DNA from: a bacterium
Lineage (GTDB): Bacteria; JADJOY01
DNA length: 55,950 nucleotides
NCBI GenBank assembly: GCA_046331705.1
Contig: JAXLQJ010000049.1
Span: forward strand, 1 to 55,950
Direction of reading: 5' to 3'
The position numbers and the translations under genes are program-made. Shown here in pieces: positions 29,419-39,030 of this stretch. How positions within the stretch are numbered: the first letter of the stretch is position 1; each line of letters begins with the position of its first letter. Under the pieces are notes generated by a model. That model searched no databases. It was not told the origin of the DNA and saw nothing but the letters and a program-made list of their open reading frames with translations.

Positions 29419-31944
29419 ATGGCCGGTGTCTTGTTGCTCGGCGTCGTGGCGCTCACGTTCCTCGCGAGCACGGCGCGTGGCGACGACGACGAGGACGAGC
29501 AACCGAAGCGCCTCGAGAGCAACACGCGCATGGGCGAGATCCGGCTCTTCGAGCCCGACTCGAGCGCCCGCGCCTTCGTCTTCCTCTTCTCCGACGCCAG
29601 CGGTTGGTCGGCGGTCGACGACGAGGTGGCCAGGGAGCTCGGTGATCGTGGCGCCGTCGTGGTGGGTGTCGCGCTCGACGCCTATCTCGCGAACCTGCGC
29701 GCCAGCACCGACGGCTGCCATTACGTGATCTCGGAGGTGGAGGCGCTCAGCAAGGAGCTGCAACGCCGGCGCGGCGCCGACGTCTACCGTTCGCCCATCC
29801 TCGCCGGCCAGGGAGCCGCGGGGACCTTCGTGTACGCGGCACTGGCGCAATCGCCCGCCGCCACCGTCGCGGGTGCCGTGAGCTTCGATCCCGCGCCCAG
29901 CCTCGCCACGCGCGTTCCCCTCTGCGAGGGCGCGCCCGCTCGGCCGCTGATCGGCGGCGGCTTCGCGTACGGACCGAAACGCGAGCTGCCGGGGTGGTTG
30001 CGCGTGGCAGGACGCGAGAACGATCCCGCCCTCGCGTTCTTGATGCCGCGCATCCCCAAGGCGGCGCTCGTGACGCTCGACCCCAGTGTGCCGCGCACCG
30101 AGTCGTTCGCGGCCCTGGTGCTCGACGAGCGCGCGCTCGCCGAGTCGGCCACTCCCGAGGACCTTTCGGATCTGCCGCTGGTCGAGCTGCCGTCGGCCAA
30201 GCCGCCGCGCTATCTGGCGATCTTCCTGTCCGGCGACGGCGGCTGGCGCGACATCGACAAACAGGTCGCCGAGCAGCTCGCGCGAGGAGACGTGGGCGTC
30301 GTCGGCCTCGACAGCTTGCGTTACTTCTGGAAGCACAAGTCGCCGGCGCGAGTCGCCGGCGATCTGGAGCGAATCCTCTGGCACTACCGCGATGCGTGGC
30401 ACGTGGATCGCACCGTGCTGATCGGCTACTCGTTCGGCGCCGATGTCCTGCCGGCGGCGATGAACCGGCTCTCGCCCGAGGCGCGCGCGACGATCGCGCA
30501 GATCTCGCTCATGGCGATCGGCCGGCGCAATCCGTTCGAGGTCCACATCACGGAGTGGCTGGGTGAAGAGGAGGACGAGCCGGAGACCGGCGATCCGATC
30601 GCGCCCGAGGTCGCGAAGCTCGACCCCGCCTTGCTTCAATGCTTCGTCGGCGAGGACGAAGAGAGCTCGCTCTGCCTCGGCGAGTCGTTCGCCAAGGCGG
30701 AACGCGTCCAGACCGCCGGCGGCCATCACTTCGACGGCGACTACGCGAAGCTTGCCGAACGGATTCGCGAGGGGCTCAGCCGCCGCGCCGCCCGTGCCAG
30801 CGCCACCGCGGACGCGAGCCCGGCGATGGCCGCCACCCCGGCGACGTCGGTGCCCCCGACGCCGGTGCCAGGCACCGCACCTGTCGCGCCACCAGGGCCG
30901 GTGCCAGGCACCGCACCTGTCGCGCCCGTCCTCGCGCCCGTTCCGCCCGGCGAATCGCGCACCCTCTCGGCTCCGGCAGCGCCCGCGGAGTCGTTGGCGG
31001 GCGCGCGATCGCCCGCCATCGAGGTCGCGCACGGCGAGCGTCTGCTCGTCATCGCGCCCCACCCCGACGACGAGACGCTCGGCGCCGGCGGTTTGATCGA
31101 GCAGGTGGTCGCCGCCGGCGGCACCGTGCGGATCGTCTGGGTGACGGCCGGGGACGGCTACGTGGAAGCCGTCGAGCACGCCACTGGCGAGCTGCATCCC
31201 CGGGCAGCGGAATTCGTGGCCTACGGCGAGCGCCGAATCCGCGAGGCCGAGCAAGCGGCGCGGACGCTGGCCGAGGCGGAGCCCTCGCGCGCCGTCGGCG
31301 AGGTCCTCGGTTTCCCGGACGGCGGGTTGCGCCCGCTGCTGCGCGATCATTGGGAGCGCACGCGACCCGAGCGCTCGCCCACCACCGGAGCCGATCGGCC
31401 GCCCTATCCGGAGGCGCCCGATCGCCGCGCGAGGTACGACGGTGCCGAGCTGGTGCGCGAGCTGCGCCGTGTCCTCGACGAGACGCGGCCCACGCGGATC
31501 GCATTCCCCGATCCGCTCGACAGGCACCCCGACCACCATGCCACCGGGCTCTTCACGATTCTGGCGGTGGACGCGTGGCGGGACACGCCGCAGGGGAAGC
31601 GCGCTGCGTTCCCGAGCATGCTCGCCTACCTCGTTCACTGGCCCGGCTGGCCCCCGGGTTGGGATCGACCTCCCGAGCGGCAAGACACGCGCCAGGCGCT
31701 GTCGCTGCCGGTGGGATTGCCCGATCGCGGATGGATGCGCGCCACGCTCGCGCTCGCCCCCACCGAGATCGATCGCAAGGCGCGCGCGCTCGCGCAGCAC
31801 GCGACCCAGCAAGCGGCGATGCCCGAGCTCTTGCGCTCGTTCGTGCGCGCCGACGAGCCGTTCACCGTGTTTCCCGAGCGTTCCCTCGAGAACGTCGCGG
31901 ACTCGGTCGAGCGCGCCCTCGCCGAGTTCGCTCGCGGCAAATGA
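29419..31944 (+). CDS. AcvB/VirJ-family aminoacyl-phosphatidylglycerol hydrolase fused to a PIG-L/LmbE-family deacetylase
   Basis: Signal peptide; SGDGGWRDIDK, GYSFGAD, GGHHFDGDY; Pro/Ala linker; IAPHPDDETLG, TAGDG, LGFPDG, DRHPDH; start may be GTG 29380. Confidence 0.85.
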   Translation: MAGVLLLGVVALTFLASTARGDDDEDEQPKRLESNTRMGEIRLFEPDSSARAFVFLFSDASGWSAVDDEVARELGDRGAVVVGVALDAYLANLRASTDGCHYVISEVEALSKELQRRRGADVYRSPILAGQGAAGTFVYAALAQSPAATVAGAVSFDPAPSLATRVPLCEGAPARPLIGGGFAYGPKRELPGWLRVAGRENDPALAFLMPRIPKAALVTLDPSVPRTESFAALVLDERALAESATPEDLSDLPLVELPSAKPPRYLAIFLSGDGGWRDIDKQVAEQLARGDVGVVGLDSLRYFWKHKSPARVAGDLERILWHYRDAWHVDRTVLIGYSFGADVLPAAMNRLSPEARATIAQISLMAIGRRNPFEVHITEWLGEEEDEPETGDPIAPEVAKLDPALLQCFVGEDEESSLCLGESFAKAERVQTAGGHHFDGDYAKLAERIREGLSRRAARASATADASPAMAATPATSVPPTPVPGTAPVAPPGPVPGTAPVAPVLAPVPPGESRTLSAPAAPAESLAGARSPAIEVAHGERLLVIAPHPDDETLGAGGLIEQVVAAGGTVRIVWVTAGDGYVEAVEHATGELHPRAAEFVAYGERRIREAEQAARTLAEAEPSRAVGEVLGFPDGGLRPLLRDHWERTRPERSPTTGADRPPYPEAPDRRARYDGAELVRELRRVLDETRPTRIAFPDPLDRHPDHHATGLFTILAVDAWRDTPQGKRAAFPSMLAYLVHWPGWPPGWDRPPERQDTRQALSLPVGLPDRGWMRATLALAPTEIDRKARALAQHATQQAAMPELLRSFVRADEPFTVFPERSLENVADSVERALAEFARGK
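30861..30926. repeat. 30-bp exact repeat x2 (period 36) in the coding linker, containing palindrome GGTGCC-A-GGCACC
   Basis: 30861-30890 equals 30897-30926; encodes PVPGTAPVAP twice. Confidence 0.92.
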
Positions 31945-32042
31945 GCCGCGGGTCCACCGGGACGTCGGTGGGCCCGAGGCGTCAGCGGGCCGATGCGCGC
32001 GCGGCCCGCTGCGCAGGCAGCGCGTGTGACCCGCGCCTGCGC

Positions 32043-34628
32043 TCAGCGCATGAAGATGCGGCGGTAGCCGCCGGCCACCAGCGCGCTCACGTCCGCCATG
32101 ATCCGCGGCAACGCGAGCCCACCGGGATACGCGAGATAGCGCGGCTCCCAGAGGGGCTCGTATTTCTCCTTGTACGCGCGCAGTCCCTGGAAGTTGTAGA
32201 AGCCTTCGCCGTGGCGGAACAGGAACGAGCCCACCTTGGTCCAAAGCGGCGCGATCGCCGAGGTCTCGAGACCCGATAGCGGCGCCATACCGAGGTTGAA
32301 ACGCGCGAAGCCGTTCGCCTTGCCCCACACCATGAGGTGCACGAAGAGCGCGTCCATCGCGAGCTTCGGCGCGGTCTCGCGAAAGCGCATCAGATCGACC
32401 GAGAGCTCGCCGCCGACGGGGGCCGCCCACAGGTTGGCGAACGCCTCGACGCGTCCGCCGCGCTCGATGAGCGCCACCGGAAAACGCGCGAGGTAATGCG
32501 GCTCGAAGAAGCCGAGCGAGAATCCTTTCTCCGCCACTTTCTTGTGCGCGAGCCAATCGTCCGAGACCTCGCGCAGCGCGCCGAGCAGCGACGGCACTTC
32601 CTCGACCGGCGCCACGCGAAAGGTGGCGCCTTCTTTCTCGAGGCGCCGAAGCGTGTTGCGGTGCTGCTTGGCCGCCGGGCTCGCGAGCTCGAAGGTGTCG
32701 AGCGGGATCAGCGCCTCCTCGCCGAGCTTCACGAAGGTGAGCCCGAAGTCGGCGTAGTGGTGCAAACGCTCCTTCGAGACCTCGTAGAAGACCGGGTTGC
32801 CGTCGTAGTCGTCGCAGCGCTCCAGGAAGTCGCGGATCAACCCGGGTGCCGCGTCCGCCGGGCCGGCGGGGTCGCCCAGCGCGACCCAGGTGCGCCCCTG
32901 CACGCCGTACATCACGAACGCGGTGCGCTCGGCGTTGAAGAGCAACGCCTTGTCGCCGAGCAGCGCCAACGCCGAGGACGACGAGGCATCGCTCGCGACC
33001 ACCGCCGCGGCCGTCGCCAGATCCTCCTGGCCGACGATCTCGACCTCCGGCGCCGCCGGCCGAAGCAAGCGCCACGCGCCGAGCGCGAGCAGCACCACCG
33101 AGGCGCCCACCGTGCCGCGCAAGAACCGTGACGCCTCTTGCTCGATCGCGAACTGCCACCACAGCTCGTTCGAGTATTCCTGGTGCTTGAACGAGAAGAA
33201 GCCGAGCCAGACGGACGAGCCGAGCACCGCGAGCGTGGCGGCGATCCAGCCCGCCGAGAACCGCGAAGCGAGGAAAGCCGCGCGCCGGTCGAAGCGTCGC
33301 CGGCTTTCCAGCAACGCGACGAGCACCAGCGTCACGATCACCGCCTCTTCCCAGTCGGCCCCTTTCAGGATCGACGCGATGGCGCCCACGCCGAGGGCGA
33401 CCACCGCGAGATAGAGGCTCGCGTCGAGCCGTCGCGCGATCCCCTGCGACAGCACGAGGAGCGCGACGCCCATGATGCTGCCCAGGAAATGCGACGTTTC
33501 CAGCACGCCGAGCGGAACCAGCTGCGCGAGCGCGTCGAGCCGACCGTGTGCCGCGGGGGTCGCGCCCGAGAACAGCAGCACCGCTCCCGCGAGGAAGGTG
33601 AACACCGCCAGGATGCGCGGCGTGACCTCCGCCGTGAGCGCTCCCAGCACGGCCCTGGCTCGCGCCACGTGGGTGCGGCGCACCCGCAGCTCGTCGCCTC
33701 CGAGCAACGCCAGCGCGGTGGCGAGCGGCAGCCAGTAGTAGACGGCTCGAAACACCAGCAGCACCGGCAGCAGCTCGCTCGCGGGGATGCGCGACCGCAG
33801 CAGCACCACCACGGTCGACTCGAAGACGCCCACGCCGCCTGGCACGTGGCTCACGATGCCGAGCAGCTGGGCCGCGATGAACGCGGCGAAGATCGCCCCG
33901 AAAGGCACGCGTCCTGGCGGCAGAAGCGCGTGCAACACCGCCGCGGCGAGCGCCCAGTCGAGGCTCGAGAGCAGCACCTGGCCGAACGCGATGGACGGGC
34001 GCGGCACGGTCAGCTCGAACTTCCGCACCGTGAGCGGCCGCGGTCGCGTTAGCGACAGCGCCAGGTAGCCGAGGCACGCCGCCACCATCGCGGCGCCGAG
34101 CGCGCGCGGGAACGCGGAGAAGATCCCGAGCTGGAACGCGTCGAGCTGCCCTGCGGCGATCGACACCCCGCCGAGCAGCAGGAGCCCGAGCCAGAACGTG
34201 CTCGAATAGAAGAGCACGATCCGCGAGAGCTCGGTGGCGTCCAGACCCCAGCGCGTGTAGAAGCGGTAGCGCACCGACGCCCCGGAGATCATGCCGAGGC
34301 CCAAGTTGTTGGCGACGGCGTACGCGATGAACGAAGCGAACGCGATCTTGGCGCGGCCGATCTGCTTGCCGAGATACGTGAACGCGAGCTGGTCGTAGCC
34401 GGTGAGGATCGCGTAGTTGAGCGCCGTCAGCGCGATCGCCGCCGCGATGCGCGTCAGCGGCAGCGCGGAGAACTCGGCGGAAAGCTGGTGATAACCGACG
34501 TGCTTGAGCTCGTGGCGCAAGGCCGCGAGGGCAGCCGTGAGCACCCCCAGCCCGACCAGCGGCGGCAGCCACCGGCGCACGCCTTCCGCGACCTGCGAGG
34601 GCGGGGTGTCGTCACGAGAATCGGTCAT
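32043..34628 (-). CDS. mprF: bifunctional aminoacyl-phosphatidylglycerol synthase/flippase
   Basis: N-terminal TM flippase (GASVRYRFY, HVPGGVGVFE); DUF2156 synthase (LGDKALLF, LGDP.G, KLGEEA, EKGFSLG, VDLMR, FYNFQGLRAYKEKY.P.WEPRYL). Confidence 0.95.
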   Translation of the reverse strand: MTDSRDDTPPSQVAEGVRRWLPPLVGLGVLTAALAALRHELKHVGYHQLSAEFSALPLTRIAAAIALTALNYAILTGYDQLAFTYLGKQIGRAKIAFASFIAYAVANNLGLGMISGASVRYRFYTRWGLDATELSRIVLFYSSTFWLGLLLLGGVSIAAGQLDAFQLGIFSAFPRALGAAMVAACLGYLALSLTRPRPLTVRKFELTVPRPSIAFGQVLLSSLDWALAAAVLHALLPPGRVPFGAIFAAFIAAQLLGIVSHVPGGVGVFESTVVVLLRSRIPASELLPVLLVFRAVYYWLPLATALALLGGDELRVRRTHVARARAVLGALTAEVTPRILAVFTFLAGAVLLFSGATPAAHGRLDALAQLVPLGVLETSHFLGSIMGVALLVLSQGIARRLDASLYLAVVALGVGAIASILKGADWEEAVIVTLVLVALLESRRRFDRRAAFLASRFSAGWIAATLAVLGSSVWLGFFSFKHQEYSNELWWQFAIEQEASRFLRGTVGASVVLLALGAWRLLRPAAPEVEIVGQEDLATAAAVVASDASSSSALALLGDKALLFNAERTAFVMYGVQGRTWVALGDPAGPADAAPGLIRDFLERCDDYDGNPVFYEVSKERLHHYADFGLTFVKLGEEALIPLDTFELASPAAKQHRNTLRRLEKEGATFRVAPVEEVPSLLGALREVSDDWLAHKKVAEKGFSLGFFEPHYLARFPVALIERGGRVEAFANLWAAPVGGELSVDLMRFRETAPKLAMDALFVHLMVWGKANGFARFNLGMAPLSGLETSAIAPLWTKVGSFLFRHGEGFYNFQGLRAYKEKYEPLWEPRYLAYPGGLALPRIMADVSALVAGGYRRIFMR

Positions 34629-34739
34629 GAGGATTCGACGAATCCGTCTCGAAGAAAATGCGGTCGCAACTCGTCTCTTCTCGTGATCGTGTCGGTGACG
34701 TCCGTGCGGACGCCTCACGGGCACCGTCGAGAGCGTGTC

Positions 34740-36218
34740 ATGACACAGCATCGCTGGCTTCGAGCCAAGCTGGTCGGCGGTCTTGCGATCGTGACGGCGA
34801 GCGCCTGTGCGCCGCCGGCGCTTCCGCCCTCCGCATCGCCCGCAGCGCCGGTAGCGGCGGCGTCGCCGTCGGCCACCGCGCCGCCTGCATCCTCGAGCGT
34901 CCGCGAGGTGCGCATGGACATGGGGCGCTTCGGCCATGGCGCGTACCTCAGGCCGTCGAAGCCCAACGGCTCGCTGGTGCTGCTGCTCGCGCCGAGTGCC
35001 GGGCTGCGTGGCGCGGACGGCGCGCTGGCGCATTCCCTCGCCGAGCGGGGCGCGCTGGTGGCGCAGCTCGACTTCGACGCCTACGAGCAGCGGCTCGCCG
35101 CTGGCGCGCAGGACGCCTGCTCGTGGCCGACCGCCGACTTCCAGGCGATGACCAAGCGGGTCGGCAAGGACGCCGGTCTCGCGAGCTTCGTGGCGCCGGT
35201 GATCGTCGGCATCGACGAGGCGGCGCCGATGGCCGTGACGGCGGTCGCGCAGGCCAAGCCCGGCATGTTCCGCGGCGTGATCACCACCGGGTTCTGCGCG
35301 CGTCTGGCGCTACCGAGCCCGCCGTGCGCGGGTGCGAACGCGCTCGGATGGGCGGCGTCCACCACGGCGGGACGGGGGCGGATCTTGCCACCCCGAGCGA
35401 TGCCGGCGCCGTGGCTCGCTTTCGCGACGAGGGCGCGCGCGCACTGCCCCGCACCCGAGGCGGAGGCATTCGTGAGCGGCACGCCTTCGGCGACGCTCGA
35501 GCGCCTCGATGCTCGCGGGGCCGAGTCCTCGGAAGCGTTGGTCGCGGCGATCGAGAAGATGGCGGCGCCGGCGCAACCGAGCGCCGCCGCTGGCGGGCTC
35601 GCCGATCTCCCGCTGATCGAGATGCCCGCCACCGCCGGTCGGAGCGATCTGGCGGCGGTGTTCGTGTCCGGCGACGGCGGCTGGGCGAGCCTCGACGAGC
35701 AGGTCGCTAGCTACCTCAACGCCCGCGGCGTGCCGGTCGTGGGCCTGAGCGCGGTGCGGTATTTCTGGACGCAGCGCGCGCCCGACGAGGTGGCGCGCGA
35801 TCTGGCGCGGATCTCCCGCCACTACCTGGATGCGTGGGGCAAGCGGCGCGTGCTCTGGGTGGGCTACTCGGCGGGTGCCGATGCGTTCGGGCTGGTCACG
35901 GCCCGCATGCCCGCCGAGCTGCTCGCCCAGGTGGCGGCCGTCGCGCTGATCGGGCCAGGGACGCGGGCGGACTTCGAGTTCCACGTGACCGACTGGATTC
36001 CCGGAGAGCACGGCAAGCGCGGCGTGCCGATCCTCCCCGAGGCGCTCGCGATCCACGGGGTGCCGCTGCTCTGTGTGCGCGGCACGGAGGAGCCGGTGTC
36101 GCTCTGCCCGCTGCTGCCACCCGGTCACGCCACCCAGTTGCTGCTGAGCGGCGGGCACCACTTCGGGGGCGACTACGACGCGATCGGGAAGGCCATCCTG
36201 GACGCGGCCGGGCATTGA
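34740..36218 (+). CDS. acvB: AcvB/VirJ-family hydrolase (lipoprotein)
   Basis: Lipobox-like TASAC; SGDGGWASLD, RYFW, GYSAGAD, FEFHVTDW, GGHHFGGDY. Confidence 0.85.
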   Translation: MTQHRWLRAKLVGGLAIVTASACAPPALPPSASPAAPVAAASPSATAPPASSSVREVRMDMGRFGHGAYLRPSKPNGSLVLLLAPSAGLRGADGALAHSLAERGALVAQLDFDAYEQRLAAGAQDACSWPTADFQAMTKRVGKDAGLASFVAPVIVGIDEAAPMAVTAVAQAKPGMFRGVITTGFCARLALPSPPCAGANALGWAASTTAGRGRILPPRAMPAPWLAFATRARAHCPAPEAEAFVSGTPSATLERLDARGAESSEALVAAIEKMAAPAQPSAAAGGLADLPLIEMPATAGRSDLAAVFVSGDGGWASLDEQVASYLNARGVPVVGLSAVRYFWTQRAPDEVARDLARISRHYLDAWGKRRVLWVGYSAGADAFGLVTARMPAELLAQVAAVALIGPGTRADFEFHVTDWIPGEHGKRGVPILPEALAIHGVPLLCVRGTEEPVSLCPLLPPGHATQLLLSGGHHFGGDYDAIGKAILDAAGH

Positions 36219-36246
36219 CCGGCTTCGCGCCGCGGCGCCGGCCCCG

Positions 36247-37005
36247 TCAGCGGTGGCGCAACGCCTCCGCGAGATCGGTGAGCAGATCGATCTGGATCTC
36301 CTGAAGCTCCGCCATGCGCTCGAACTGGCTGTGCAACAGGTGATCGACCTTGTCGTGCAAGCTCGCGATCTCGAGCTCGGCCTTCAAGTTGGTGCGGTAA
36401 TCCTCGTCCGCTTGCATGCGATCGCGAGCCGCTGCGCGGTTCTGCGCCATCATGATGATCGGCGCCTGGATCGCGGCGAGGCACGACAACACCAGGTTGA
36501 GCAGGATGAACGGGAAGGGGTCGAACGCGCTCGCGCCGAGGCGTGAGTTCAGCGCCATCCACGCGGCGAGCACCACGCCGAACACGATCACGAAGCTCCA
36601 CGAGCCGCCCACGCGCGCCACCGCGTCTGCGGCGCGCTGGGAGCGCGTGACGGTGCGCCTGAACTGCTCGTCGATGTTCTGGGCGATCGTGAGGTGCTGG
36701 CCCGCTTTCTGCGCGACCTCGTGCTCGACCTTGGAGAGCTCGCCGCGCTCCTGCTCCAGCCGCTCGAGCACGTAACCGATGCGCGCGTGGTTGAGGCAGC
36801 GCCGACACACGTGGCCCTCGCCGCTCCATTTCCCGGGATGGTGGTTGGCGAGGTGCTGGGCGAGCTGTGGTCGCACGCTCGATGCGCGCACCACGTCCTT
36901 GCGCGGCAGCACCCGGCCGCAGATCACGCACGTGCGTGGCTGGATCTGGGTCGCGAGGTCGAACGATCCGGTGATGCTCGATTCTTCCAGGTTCGGGTTC
37001 GGCAT
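36247..37005 (-). CDS. DUF1003 family membrane protein
   Basis: AD.VA..GGSWSF, FDPFPFILLNLVLSCLAAIQAPIIMMAQNR, NLKAELEI..LH.KVD; GAGG RBS. Confidence 0.9.
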   Translation of the reverse strand: MPNPNLEESSITGSFDLATQIQPRTCVICGRVLPRKDVVRASSVRPQLAQHLANHHPGKWSGEGHVCRRCLNHARIGYVLERLEQERGELSKVEHEVAQKAGQHLTIAQNIDEQFRRTVTRSQRAADAVARVGGSWSFVIVFGVVLAAWMALNSRLGASAFDPFPFILLNLVLSCLAAIQAPIIMMAQNRAAARDRMQADEDYRTNLKAELEIASLHDKVDHLLHSQFERMAELQEIQIDLLTDLAEALRHR

Positions 37006-37031
37006 GGCCGATTCCTCTCGACGCGGGACGC

Positions 37032-37937
37032 TCAGCGGGCGCGGCGCTGCAGCTCGCGTCGTCGGGGCGCTGCGGGCTCGGGATCGTAGCGAATGTCGCC
37101 GGTCGCGCGCACGTCGTAGCCGGGTACCCGCGCCAGCTCCTGGCGGAGCTCGTCGGTCTGGGCGATCTCGCAGAGCCGCGTGACCAGCGGATCGCCGAGC
37201 GCGCCGGCGAAGAGCGCCAGTCCGTACGGCTCGGTGGCGATGGCGTGGAACGCGAGCCCCAGACGCTCGGCCCAGGCGCGCGTCACGATGCCCGCGTCGC
37301 TCTCGCCCCGCGCCACCGCGCACGCAACCTCCCGGTGCGAAGCGAGGACCTGGTGCTTGCCGAGCTTGGACCGAGCGCGCGCCAGCGCCGCGGCGAGGTG
37401 AACCATGACGCCCGCGGTCGGTGGGCGCGCCGCGAGCCGAACGCGCGCCACGTTCGCGAGCGTGACCGCGGGGCGATCCGTGCGCCACGCGAGCCCCACC
37501 TCGCGCGTCACGAGGTGCAGGCGCGCCAGACGTTCGCTGCCGACCCGGGGCGGCGGACCGTCGCCGTGACATCCCGCGGCGAGGACTCGATGGCTCGCGA
37601 GCAGCTCGAGTGCCACGCCGCTATCCGCCTGCACGAAGCCGAGCAGCGGCGCGGCGGCGGCGCGATTCACGTGCGCCAGCAAGATGTCGATGACCACGTC
37701 GCCGTTGGCGGCGACGAGCGGCGGCAGCGTGAACGGGGGCGCTGCACGGCGCTCGCCGGGTGCCGGCGTGGCATCGGATCCGGCCCAGCGCAGCACGTCC
37801 TCGCGATCGAAGCGCCACTCGCCGCCGATGCGCCGGCCGGGAAGCCCGCGGCGCAACAGCCGATAGACGTGCTTGGGGTGGACGCGCAGCAGCTCCGCGA
37901 CCTCGACGGATTTGAGCAGCGCCGGCTCGTCGCTCAT
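37032..37937 (-). CDS. excisionase-like HTH (HTH_17) plus periplasmic-binding-fold regulator, probable molybdate sensor
   Basis: EVAELLRVHPKHVYRL...LPG.RIGGEWRF; PBP-like domain (S..AL..L, H.EVA.AVA.G..DAG, PGYD...G); divergent from modA. Confidence 0.85.
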   Translation of the reverse strand: MSDEPALLKSVEVAELLRVHPKHVYRLLRRGLPGRRIGGEWRFDREDVLRWAGSDATPAPGERRAAPPFTLPPLVAANGDVVIDILLAHVNRAAAAPLLGFVQADSGVALELLASHRVLAAGCHGDGPPPRVGSERLARLHLVTREVGLAWRTDRPAVTLANVARVRLAARPPTAGVMVHLAAALARARSKLGKHQVLASHREVACAVARGESDAGIVTRAWAERLGLAFHAIATEPYGLALFAGALGDPLVTRLCEIAQTDELRQELARVPGYDVRATGDIRYDPEPAAPRRRELQRRAR

Positions 37938-37970
37938 GGCGCGAGAGGGTAGCAGGCGCCACGAAGCCGC

Positions 37971-38040
37971 GCGCGGGAGCCGCAGGGAGCCGGAGGGAGC
38001 GGCACGGAGCGGCACGGATCGGCAACGCACCGCGCGGAGC
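37971..38040. repeat. phased 10-bp direct repeats ending GGAGC
   Basis: gcgcgggagc cgcagggagc cggagggagc ggcacggagc ggcacggatc ggcaacgcac cgcgcggagc. Confidence 0.75.
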
Positions 38041-38109
38041 CCCCCGCGCGACGAATGCTCGCGACACGGGGATCGTGCCGACGAACGCCCCGCCTCTCGA
38101 CGATGGCAA

Positions 38110-38145
38110 TTGACACCATGAGTAGCAATAAGCAACAACAAGAAC
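38110..38145 (+). promoter_or_regulatory. probable modA promoter/operator region
   Basis: Perfect TTGACA at 38110-38115 in an AT-rich patch, followed by 7-bp repeats AGCAATA/AGCAACA; no consensus -10. Confidence 0.5.
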
Positions 38146-38171
38146 GATCCATCTCCAACAGAGGACTGCAC

Positions 38172-38975
38172 ATGACGACACGACTCCGAACTTCCAGCTC
38201 GCGGTGGCGCGCGGTCGTGGCGCTGATGGCGTTGCTCGCGCTCACGATCGCCAGCCGTGCCCGCGCCTCCGACGCCAGCGAAGGCACCATCGTGCTCGCC
38301 GCCGCGAGCCTCACCGACGTTCTGCCCAAGGTTGGCGAGGCGTGGGCACACACGGGGCACGCGGCGCCGCGCTTCTCGTTCGATGCGTCCTCACGCCTGG
38401 CCAAGCAGATCGAGGCGGGGCTCGCCGCGGACGTGTTCGTGTCGGCGGACCTCGACTGGATGGACTACCTCGACCAACGAAAGCTCCTCACCGCGGGCAG
38501 CCGGAGCGTGATCGCCGGTAATCGTCTGGTGGTGGTGCTGCCCACGGCGTCCACGCTCACCCTCGCGGACGCGAGCCCGCTCGCCTCACCGGCGGTGAGG
38601 CACCTGGCGCTCGCCGCCGAGACCGTTCCCGCGGGCAAATACGCCCGCGCGGCGCTGGCTTGGGCAGGAGTCACCAAGGCGGTCGAGCCCAAGGTCGTGA
38701 GTGGTGAGAACGTGCGCACCGTGCTCGCGTGGGTGGCGACGGGCGAAGCGGACGCCGGAATCGTCTACAGCACCGACGCGCGCGCCGAACCGCGCGTGAA
38801 GGCCGCGTACACGTTTCCGGTCACCGCGCACCCACCCATCGTCTATCCGGCGGCGCTGCTCGCCGGCGCCGCCGATCCGACCACGGCGCGCTCGTTTCTC
38901 GACTTCCTGAAGAGCGCCGCCGCGCGGCCCATCTTCGAGGCCGCCGGCTTCACGTGGCTCGCGGACGTCCCCTGA
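38172..38975 (+). CDS. modA: molybdate ABC transporter substrate-binding protein
   Basis: AAASLTD, ASSRLAKQIEAG..ADVFVSA, VPAGKYA, NVR.VL, ADAGIVY.TD. Confidence 0.95.
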   Translation: MTTRLRTSSSRWRAVVALMALLALTIASRARASDASEGTIVLAAASLTDVLPKVGEAWAHTGHAAPRFSFDASSRLAKQIEAGLAADVFVSADLDWMDYLDQRKLLTAGSRSVIAGNRLVVVLPTASTLTLADASPLASPAVRHLALAAETVPAGKYARAALAWAGVTKAVEPKVVSGENVRTVLAWVATGEADAGIVYSTDARAEPRVKAAYTFPVTAHPPIVYPAALLAGAADPTTARSFLDFLKSAAARPIFEAAGFTWLADVP

Positions 38976-39030
38976 GCACGCCCCATCTTCGATTCGGCGG
39001 TAGCCCACACGGGTTCCGCGAGGAAACGTC

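Noticed and set aside
29236-34572. 1778-aa ORF on the minus strand
   Set aside because: Arg/Ala/Gly-rich shadow frame overlapping mprF (another frame) and antisense to the AcvB-PIG-L gene; no motifs; typical of high-GC DNA
37800-37937. excisionase suggesting a prophage or integrative element
   Set aside because: The HTH is fused to a PBP-like domain beside modABC; no integrase or phage genes are nearby
38928-38992. 11-bp direct repeat CCCATCTTCGA around the modA stop, as a possible insertion scar
   Set aside because: Too short, and it does not flank the porin gene; may be chance
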